From Eledone cirrhosa (lineage: Eukaryota), in the NCBI GenBank assembly GCA_964016885.1, contig OZ024745.1, positions 11,532,001-11,596,000 of the forward strand: DNA of 64,000 bases, read 5' to 3'. Position numbers and translations under genes: made by a program. This document shows positions 54,195 through 64,000 of this stretch, piece by piece (within the stretch, counting starts at the first letter, position 1; every line of letters starts with the position of its first letter). The notes below the pieces were generated by a model. That model was given only the letters and a program-made list of their open reading frames with translations. It ran no database searches and was not told the origin of the DNA.

Positions 54195-55010
54195 GCATAT
54201 ATACATACACACATATATATATACACACATACACACTTACATATACATATAATTATTGGGGGGGGGATTAAATTTATTAGTGAGAAATAATAAATATATA
54301 TAGTTTTCAAGGAACATAGAGTCATAACCTGAAGTTAAAGCATTACATATGTTTACTTAATGGTATCAGTTTTAGGAAATGATAGTTGTAAGAAGGAAAG
54401 CAAAGTTATGTAGTTCATCAGTAGTAGAATATTAATTATAGGTTAACTAAATTAAAAATAGTTTATATATTAATTTCTAAAGTTTTTATTAATTAGGTTT
54501 ATAATGTTTAAAGCAGAATTATGTAGTTCATCAGTAGTAGAATATTAATTATAGGTTAACTAAATTAAAAATAGTTTATATATTGATTTCTAAAGTGTAT
54601 ATTAATTAGGTTTATAATATTTAAAGGTTTTTCTCAGTTTATGATTACACGATATTATTAATTCCTGTCGCTTATTTAATAGGATATCCTTAGATTTCAT
54701 TATTTCAAAAAGTTCTTGGGAACATAATCTACATTCATATCTACTATTTTGATAAGGGGTGGCCCTTTTAAGCACACTCCAGGTCAGGTCATAATCTATA
54801 TTCCTCTTTCTATAACTATTAATTATTTCAGCTAGAGATGTTGTATTAGCTAGTGCGGCATTTTTAAAACTATGTTTGTGGGTATTAAATCTTACCTTAA
54901 ATTTGTTAGAAGTAGCTCCTATATATGAATAAATTGAGTCCTTAGTGTTAACTTTACATTGAGTTCTTCATACGGATTGGACACTACCGTAAACTTTTGG
55001 TAGATTTATC

Positions 55011-55012
<2 letters not shown>
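53235..55012. mobile_element. Inverted copy of the 1-1262 repeat, bounded by (TA)n
   Basis: Reverse-complement match up to 54640; internal ~115-nt tandem duplication near 54405-54625. Extent beyond 54640 is inferred from the next TA tract. Confidence 0.7.
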
Positions 55013-55063
<51 letters not shown>

Positions 55064-55221
55064 CGAAGGAAGGATGGTAAGGAACCAGGTGGACCATAAC
55101 GCACCAGAGTACTCGATACTTTGGGTAGAGTGGGTAATAGGAGAAAGTTCAGGACCCCGGCGGCAGAGCTCAAGCCGTTTCGACGGCTATTTCTGGACAG
55201 ATGATATATATATATATATCA

Positions 55222-55322
<101 letters not shown>

Positions 55323-55582
55323 TTTTGCGAGGTTTTTTATATGAAATCGTGTGTCGAAACAGATATTGTTATATTTGGGGAGGGTCATATTTGCGTAATA
55401 TTGCCAGAATTAATAACAGAACACACTCACTGTTTGGTTGGTTTTCGCTTCTCGCTGTCTTTTATATATATATATCTGCGATCTAACTTACTCGGTCCTC
55501 AATGTTGCCATTGACTGACCGGCGGTCAAAAATAATACAGATACAATATAGACACAAACACATATATATAGTTTACATAATT

Positions 55583-55626
55583 TACATAAATCTTTCGTTG
55601 CACATCTGCAACATCGTCAGTGGTGT
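55583..55626 (-). ncRNA. Minimal hammerhead-like motif (twin of 56177-56220)
   Basis: Reverse complement of the plus copy. Confidence 0.6.
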
Positions 55627-56176
55627 TATATTCATTGTTCCTCCTGTTGTGTTGTATGTCTACGCCATTTTTTTTTTTGTTCAGTCTGTCTATATATTTA
55701 TTTATTTATTTGCTTGTTTGTTTATCTTATTTTATTTTGTCTTCTTTGCGCATGCGTTTGCGTGTGTGTATAGTGTGATGTGTGACTAGTGTGTATAGTG
55801 TTGTGTCTGCTGGGTGACTAGTGTGTGTTTATGTGCTTGTGTATGTATTTATTTATCTTATTTTATTTAATTTTATTTACTTATTTATACTTCTCTTAGG
55901 TCAGTGTTGTTTGTTTGGGTGTTGTTGTTGTTCCACTCATTCTTTCTGTTTAGCTTTGGTCTTCTAATTTCTATTTCACTGGCCTCTCTGATTTGCCTAT
56001 CTGCTGGGTCATTCCTATGTTTAGATATTATTCTAATTTCTATGTTGTCTATGTTACCGTCATGTTGTTGTCTAGCATGTTCGTATAGTACTGACCCGCT
56101 TTTTCGTCCTTTTAGTTCCCCCCAGTGTTGGTCTATCCTTTCACCTATGCTACGAGCTGTCTCACCTATGAATATA

Positions 56177-56220
56177 ACACCACTGACGATGTTGCAGATG
56201 TGCAACGAAAGATTTATGTA
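56177..56220 (+). ncRNA. Minimal hammerhead-like motif
   Basis: CA-CTGACGA-T-GTTGCA gatg TGCAAC-GAAA-GATT-TA-TG; core and helix II are good, helix I is weak. Confidence 0.6.
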
Positions 56221-56432
56221 AATTATGTAAACTATATATATGTGTTTGTGTCTATATTGTATCTGTATTATTTTTGACCGCCGGTCAGTCAATGGCAACA
56301 TTGAGGACCGAGTAAGTTAGATCGCAGATATATATATATAAAAGACAGCGAGAAGCGAAAACCAACCAAACAGTGAGTGTGTTCTGTTATTAATTCTGGC
56401 AATATTACGCAAATATGACCCTCCCCAAATAT

Positions 56433-56509
<77 letters not shown>

Positions 56510-56598
56510 AGTTAAGCAAAACAAGACCACAAATTTTACAAGGAAGACATTATAGTTGTAGTCTAATGTAAGGAATAATAATAATACTAATAATGTCC

Positions 56599-56829
56599 GT
56601 TTACAATTGTTTCGCTACTCCATATAATGTTTCTGGATCAAATGATTATAGATCATTATTGATTTTCCGCCGAGGTTAACTTTGCCTTTCATCCTTACGG
56701 GGTCGATAAAATAAAGTACCAGTAATGCACTGGGTAATTGCTGGCCTCGTGCCTAAAGTAGAAACAATTATTGATCTGGTTCAGATGAAGATAATTAACT
56801 TAGGTAAAAATGGAGCAGTTCTTCAGAAC
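56599..56829 (-). ncRNA. Type I hammerhead with extended helix II, interrupted by a SINE
   Basis: GTT-CTGAAGA-A CTGCTCCAT ... ATGGAGTAG C-GAAA-CAATTG-TA-AAC. Confidence 0.68.
56664..56766 (+). mobile_element. 5'-truncated SINE with apparent 9-bp TSD
   Basis: ATTATTGAT at 56655-56663 and 56767-56775; the TSD partly overlaps the SINE ATT tail. Confidence 0.85.
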
Positions 56830-57283
56830 TTCAAAAGAGATAATGAAATATTGATAAAGGTACGATGGAATAAGGAATATAAAGTAAGGTAAAGAAAGAT
56901 GGTTACATGAATGTAATGTTCCATATATCGGTATTTCACTATGGTGTCCTGGGTCTATCTATTGTCTGCCATAGGCGAGCAATATTCTTCTGTCGAGGCT
57001 GCATAATGCATAATGCAGCATCCTCATTCCTTACATTAAACTGCAACTATGTTGACACTCTTTAAATAACGTCTTCCTTGTGAAATTTGCGGTCTTGCTT
57101 AACTAATGAATATTTCCAGCTCTGTGCACCTAACCTCTGCATGAACCCAGCCACCTAGCTGCCTTCCACTGCATATTGCACATTGAGCACATGCCTTTAC
57201 GCTTTTGGCTTCTAACTAATCCACCAATCTCTCTTCTCCTCTCCTATCTCCATCTCTCACTTTAAGATTGGTTTACTCTTGAA

Positions 57284-57318
<35 letters not shown>

Positions 57319-57329
57319 CTATCTATCTG

Positions 57330-57403
<74 letters not shown>

Positions 57404-57494
57404 CTATCTATCTGTCTCTATATATATATCATCTACTATCTATCTCTCTCTCTCTATATATATCATCTATATATTATATATATATATATCATCA

Positions 57495-57566
<72 letters not shown>

Positions 57567-57844
57567 TGGCGGCCTGGGTCTAAAAATATTGGTTGCCAGG
57601 AGATGAAGGGGGCCCACCTAGATATAGAATGCTATCTTTTAATTTTTATAATGAATAAATAACATTTTCGAAAAATACATAAGTGAAAACAAAACAGTGC
57701 AATAAATATATGATGTATTTTGCGAAACCCAGAGACTTTCAATAATGACCACAAATCGACCCTAGATATTACTAATAGCTCTAGGAAACCCTTGATTTTG
57801 AAAGTAGGTTTATAATTATCAATTAACATTATACTTTTGTAGCT

Positions 57845-58045
57845 GCCTCAGTGGCGTAGTTGGAGGAATCATAGACGGTCGTGATTCTGGTCTGAAGTTC
57901 GATCCTGGTCGGGAGTAGGGTTCTCAGTAAACCTACTCAGTTTTTTCTATTGGTTGTAAAATAAAAACTGAAAAAGGTTACATGTACCTCTTGACCAGGA
58001 TTGAACACAAGACCAGGATATCCACCGTCTCTAGTACCTACCACA
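57845..58045. mobile_element. tRNA-like head (+) followed by a diverged inverted copy
   Basis: A-box TGGCGTAGTTGG and B-box GTTCGATCC at 57852-57905; reverse complement of AGACGGT..CTGGTCT..GTTCAATCCTGGTC at 57992-58032. Confidence 0.55.
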
Positions 58046-58061
58046 GAGACAACTATGAAAA

Positions 58062-58097
<36 letters not shown>

Positions 58098-58125
58098 ATC
58101 AAAAGATGGTTAAAAGAGTTCCAAG

Positions 58126-58196
58126 TATTTTATTATGCGCATTTCAAAAACAAATATCATCATGGGATGATATCTGCGTTTTCATCAGATAAAATA
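58126..58196 (-). ncRNA. Type I hammerhead, palindromic helix III (AUA triplet)
   Basis: Reverse complement of 58300-58370, differing only at the cleavage-site base. Confidence 0.8.
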
Positions 58197-58299
58197 GGGA
58201 TACATGATATGAAGCTTAAAAAACACCTATGAATAGTGAAGTTTTAAATCAACATATGTTGATTTAAAACTTCACTATTCACAAGTATTCATGTATCCC

Positions 58300-58370
58300 T
58301 ATTTTATCTGATGAAAACGCAGATATCATCCCATGATGATATTTGTTTTTGAAATGCGCATTATAAAATA
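58300..58370 (+). ncRNA. Type I hammerhead, palindromic helix III (AUU triplet)
   Basis: TATTTTAT-CTGATGA-AAAC GCAGATATCATC ccat GATGATATTTGT TTTT-GAAA-TGCGCA-TT-ATAAAATA. Confidence 0.82.
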
Positions 58371-58491
58371 CTTGGAACTCTTTTAACCATCTTTTGATCT
58401 TATATTATTTATACTCCAGTCCTACAAACTGTAGAGTGCTACTTATCCGATATTTGCATTGCTTTATTGTGCTACAATAAAACTCACCTCC

Positions 58492-58534
<43 letters not shown>

Positions 58535-59299
58535 TCATCAGGGTACATGTATCATCTGATATTAGTTTTACGTACTCTATTGACCGTTCTTTCAAATTCC
58601 AATCATGTATTTCCTTTTCAACTTTTGACTGAGAGCCATCAGGGAGGTCTTCAATGCGCATGGCCCAGAATGTTATCAGTTCTCTGTCCAATTCCAAATT
58701 CTTTTCAAGTCCCCGCCTCTTTGATTTCTTTACTGTATAATTGGGAATGGAAGAGCAGTTCTGCTGGTCCCGAGACTTTTGGAAGGTATCTTTGGAATGG
58801 GGATCTGGCCCGAATATTTCCAACAGCATGGACTCCGCTAAAGGGGGTGGTCATGTAGTAGTGTTAAACAGGGTAAAGGATTATATCTTCCATCCAAATA
58901 GGCCACAACAGGATTTGAACTTAGGATTCAAAGAGTCGGAAACTAAAATATCTATCGTCGGATACTGGAATAATTCCGCCTTTCAGTTGGTAGTATATTT
59001 AGTATATGTTACCGCTCATGAACGGCAAACATGACAGACCCTAGAAGAATTTGAACTGAGCGGGAAGGGAGCCGGATCAAATACCACACGGTAACTATTT
59101 TGATAATTTTCCTATTACAAACCGGTTACAGGTTTGCTCTGACTTTGCTATTCATATCACAAAATCTTACATAGTTTGCTTATTTCCCCTTCGGATCACA
59201 TCTGAACTCGGTGCTTCTATAATATAATGAGTTTTCTAAGAGAATATTTACAGGATCTTAAAACAGTCATTTTAATAATAGATTTTGATAAGCTTCTTG

Positions 59300-59500
59300 G
59301 TTGGTAGAGTAGCTTGAGCATCATATTTTGTAACGTTTAGTAATGACCTTGCCCTTGACGTTCTGAGTTCAAATACTGTCGGTGTCTGCTTTTCTTTTCG
59401 ACCTTCCAGGGTTAATAATGTAAAATACCAGTAAAATACTGTGATCGATTTAATGGAACTTTCCTTCCCACAAAATTACTGGCTTTGGCTTACTCTAGAA
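59300..59500 (+). mobile_element. Diverged SINE (dominant family)
   Basis: TTCTGAGTTCAAAT...AAAATACCAGTAAAATACTG. Confidence 0.6.
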
Positions 59501-59557
59501 TAAAAACGTCTTGCTTGTCATGTTACAATTTATTATAATTTGACTTTAGATTTTTCA

Positions 59558-62500
59558 CCAACCTCACAACTTCCATCTACCTGTCACCCACCTCACAACT
59601 TCCATCTACCTGTCACACACCTCACAACTTTCATCTACCTGTCACCTACCTCAACTTCCATCTACCTCTCACACACCTCACAACTTTCATCTACCTGTCA
59701 CACACCTCACAACTTTCATCTACCTGTCATCCATCTCACAACTTCCATCTACCTGTCACCCACCTCACAACTTTCATCTACCTGTCACCCACCTCACAAC
59801 TTCCATCTACCTGTCACCCACCTCACAACATCCATCTACCTGTCACCCACCTCACAACTTCCATCTACCTGTCACGCACCTCACAACTTTCATCTACCTG
59901 TCACCCACCTCACAACTTCCATCTACCTGTCACCCACCTCACAACATCCATCTACCTGTCACCCACCTCACAACTTCCATCTACCTGTCACGCACCTCAC
60001 AACTTTCATCTACCTGTCACCTACCTCAACTTCCATCTACCTCTCACACACCTCACAACTTTCATCTACCTGTCACACACCTCACAACTTTCATCTACCT
60101 GTCATCCATCTCACAACTTCCATCTACCTGTCACCCACCTCACAACTTTCATCTACCTGTCACCTACCTCACAACTTCCATCTACCTGTCACCCACCTCA
60201 CAACTTTCATCTACCTGTCACCTACCTCACAACTTTCATCTACCTGTCACCTACCTCACAACTTCCATCTACCTGTCACCCATCTCACAACTTCCATCTA
60301 CCTGTCACCTACCTCACAACTTTCATCTACCTGTCACCCACCTCACAACTTCCATCTACCTGTCACCCACCTCACAACATCCATCTACCTGTCACCCACC
60401 ACACAACTTCCATCTACCTGTCACCCACCTCACAACTTTCATCTACCTGTCACCTACCTCACAACTTTCATCTACCTGTCACCTACCTCACAACTTTCAT
60501 CTACCTGTCACCTACCTCACAACTTTCATCTACCTGTAACCCACATCACAACTTCCATCTACCTGTCACGCATCTCACAACTTCCATCTACCTGTCACCC
60601 ACCTCACAACTTCCATCTACCTGTCACCCACCTCACAACTTCCATCTACCTGTCACCTACCTCACAACTTCCATCTACCTGTCACCCATCTCACAACTTC
60701 CATCTACCTGTCACCTACCTCACAACTTTCATCTACCTGTCACCCACCTCACAACTTTCATCTATCTGTCACCTACCTCACAACTTCCATCTACCTGTCA
60801 CCTACCTCACAACTTTCATCTACCTGTCACCTACCTCACAACTTTCATCTACCTGTCACCCACCTCACAACTTTCATCTACCTGTCACCCACCTCACAAC
60901 TTTCATCTACCTGTCACCTACCTCACAACTTCCATCTACCTGTCACCCACCTCACAACTTCCATCTACCTGTCACCTACCTCACAACTTCCATCTACCTG
61001 TCACACACCTCACAACTTCCATCTACCTGTCACACACCTCACAACTTCCATCTACCTGTCACCCACCTCACAACTTCCATCTACCTGTCACCCACCTCAC
61101 AACTTCCATCTACCTGTCACCCACCTCACAACTTTCATCTACCTGTCACCTACCTCACAACTTTCATCTACCTGTCACCTACCTCACAACTTTCATCTAC
61201 CTGTCACCTACCTCACAACTTTCATCTACCTGTCACCCACCTCACAACTTCCATCTACCTGTCACGCATCTCACAACTTCCATCTACCTGTCACCCACCT
61301 CACAACTTCCATCTACCTGTCACCCACCTCACAACTGCCATCTACCTGTCACCCATCTCACAACTTCCATCTACCTGTCACCTACCTCACAACTTTCATC
61401 TACCTGTCACCCACCTCACAACTTTCATCTATCTGTCACCTACCTCACAACTTCCATCTACCTGTCACCTACCTCACAACTTCCATCTACCTGTCACCCA
61501 CCTCACAACTTCCATCTACCTGTCACACACCTCACAACTTCCATCTACCTGTCACACACCTCACAACTTCCATCTACCTGTCACCCACCTCACAACTTCC
61601 ATCTACCTGTCACCCACCTCACAACTTCCATCTACCTGTCACCAACCTCACAACTTCCATCTACCTGTCACCCACCTCACAACTTTCGTTCTGCCTGTCA
61701 CCCACCTCACAACTTGCATCTACCTGTCACACACCTCACAACTTTCATCTACCTGTCACACACCTCACAACTTTCATCTACCTGTCACCTACCTCACAAC
61801 TTCCATCTACCTGTCACACACCTCACAACTTTCATCTACCTGTCACACACCTCACAACTTCCATCTACCTGTCACACACCTCACAACTTTCATCTACCTG
61901 TCACACACCTCACAACTTCCATCTACCTGTCACACACCTCACAACTTTCATCTACCTGTCACACACCTCACAACTTCCATCTACCTGTCACCCACCTCAC
62001 AACTGCCATCTACCTGTCACACACCTCACAACTTTGATCTACCTGTCACCCACCTCACAACTTCCATCTACCTGTCACCCACCTCACAACTTCCATCTAC
62101 CTGTCACCTACCTCACAACTTCCATCTACCTGTCGCACCCCTCACAACTTCCATCTACCTGTCACCTACCTCACAACTTCCATCTACCTGTCACCTACCT
62201 CACAACTTTCATCTACCTGTCACACACCTCACAACTTCCATCTACCTGTCACCTACCTCACAACTTCCATCTACCTGTCACCCACCTCACAACTTTCATC
62301 TACCTGTCACCTACCTCACAACTTCCATCTACCTGTCACCCACCTCACAACTTCCATCTACCTGTTACACACCTCACAACTTTCATCTACCTGCCACCCA
62401 CCTCACAACATCCATCTACCTGTCACCTATCTCACAATATCCATCTACCTGTCACCCACCTCACAACTTCCATCTACCTGCCACCTACCTCACAACTTCC

Positions 62501-62933
62501 ATCTACCTGTCACCTACCTCACAACTTCCATCTACCTGTCACCTACCTCACAACTTTCATCTACCTGTCACACACCTCACAACTTCCATCTACCTGTCAC
62601 CTACCTCACAACTTTCATCTACCTGTCACCCACCTCACAACTTTCATCTACCTGTCACCTACCTCACAACTTCCATCTACCTGTCACCCACCTCACAACT
62701 TCCATCTACCTGTTACACACCTCACAACTTTCATCTACCTGTCACCCACCTCACAACATCCATCTACCTGTCACCTATCTCACAATATCCATCTACCTGT
62801 CACCCACCTCACAACTTCCATCTACCTGCCACCTACCTCACAACTTCCATCTACCTGTCATCTACCTCACAACTTCCATCTACCTGTCATCCACCTCACA
62901 ACTTCCATCTACCTGTCACACACCTCACAACTT
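59558..62933. repeat. 29-bp minisatellite, about 116 copies
   Basis: Unit CACCTCACAACTTCCATCTACCTGTCACC; the consensus has no plus-strand stop codon, hence the 1137-aa ORF. Confidence 0.97.
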
Positions 62934-62982
62934 TACTGACCACTGGTCACTGATTTATGTCCTTGGAGGTATTATTATCTCA

Positions 62983-63418
62983 TTAGCAGTATTGGGAGAG
63001 GGTCTGACGCCATGCTTTGCAACAAAAAGTTTCGGCCCTTTGAGTTCTGAGTTCAAATTCGGCCTAGGCTAATTTTGCCTTTCATCATTACGGGGTCGAT
63101 AAAATAATGTACCAGTAATGCACTGGGATAATTGCTGGCCTTGTGTCTAAAGTAGAAACAATTAATATCTCACTGTTGTCATTGATGGCATTTGGCTGTT
63201 TTAACATCCATTTAAACAATTCTGCTGGAAAAGGAGTTTTCCACAGATGATGCCAACCGTCTTAACAAAAGACACACCAGATATTGATTTCAATAATCAT
63301 TCGTTAGCTTTCCACCCGTACGGGGTCGATAAAATAAAGTACCAGTAACGTACTGGGGTAGATTTAGTCAACTTTACCCTTCTCTTGAAATTTCTGGCCT
63401 TGTGCCAAAATTAGAATT
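62983..63418 (+). mobile_element. Two SINE copies (62983-63165, 63303-63418)
   Basis: CGGGGTCGATAAAATAA.GTACCAGTAA block. Confidence 0.85.
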
Positions 63419-63554
63419 AAATGTTCATTGGTTATTGTTTGAAGCGCGAAACAACAACATCAACAAAAACAACATGGAAAATATAAACAAGGAAGCTATT
63501 TACTCGAGAAAACTAAATATATTAAACAACATAAGTTGTAAAAGAAACATAAAA

Positions 63555-64000
63555 TAATATATAAAAAAGTATGTAATGATATATGTCCTAATAATATATA
63601 GAAAAGTATGTAATAATATATGTCCTAATAATATATAGAAAACTATGTAATAATATATGTCCTAATATATAGAAAAGTATGTAATAATATATGTCCTAAT
63701 AATATATGTCCTAATAATATATAGAAAAGTATGTAATAATATATGTCCTAATATATAGAAAAGTATGTAATAATATATGTCCTAATATATAGAAAAGTAT
63801 GTAATAATATATGTCCTAATAATATATAGAAAAGTATGTAATAATATATGTCCTAATATATAGAAAAGTATGTAATAATATATGTCCTAATATATAGAAA
63901 AGTATGTAATAATATATGTCCTAATATATAGAAAAGTATGTAATAATATATGTCCTAATATATAGAAAAGTATGTAATAATATATGTCCTAATAATATAT
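63555..64000. repeat. 34/37-bp AT-rich minisatellite, runs off the window
   Basis: Unit AATATATAGAAAAGTATGTAATAATATATGTCCT, with or without an extra AAT. Confidence 0.93.

Larger units (their letters stand above)
56502..57285. mobile_element. (TA)n-embedded element with ~50-nt inverted repeat (56502-56553 / 57066-57112), hammerhead and nested SINE
   Basis: AGTTAAGCAA..GACCACAAATTTTACAAGGAAGAC pairs with GTCTTCCTTGTGAAATTTGCGGTCTTGCTTAACT. Confidence 0.7.
58092..58493. mobile_element. Fold-back insert in (TA)n with twin hammerheads and a nested perfect palindrome
   Basis: 58092-58207 pairs with 58289-58404; 52-bp palindrome at 58230-58281; unpaired tail to 58493. Confidence 0.88.

Noticed and set aside
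57845-57915. Genuine tRNA gene
   Set aside because: A and B boxes are present, but I could not fold a convincing acceptor and anticodon stem; treated as SINE-like.
59540-62953. 1137-aa ORF
   Set aside because: Translation of a 29-bp satellite whose consensus lacks stop codons on this strand; TTG start; the period is not a multiple of 3.

Overview
Repeat-dominated, AT-rich eukaryotic DNA. The SINE families and microsatellite load suggest an octopus/cephalopod genome (inference). The only long bona fide ORFs belong to a full-length L1-clade Tx1-type non-LTR retrotransposon (6883-12505) sitting in a (TGTC)n microsatellite, next to a 5'-truncated relative in the same repeat type. Most other long ORFs are satellite or microsatellite artefacts. 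The main unexplained structure is a set of short inserts embedded in (TA)n tracts. Many are fold-back palindromes, several carry Penelope-like GIY-YIG remnants, and about 8 sequence families carry type I hammerhead ribozyme motifs, often one on each strand. These include minimal hammerheads with palindromic helix III, a U4A core variant, and one with a SINE inserted in helix II. Also present are RTE, CRE-like and pogo-like relics, many tRNA-derived SINEs, several large minisatellites, a 200-nt N gap, and weak candidate minus-strand host exons. Coordinates were read by eye and may be off by a few bases, more for SINE and relic ends.
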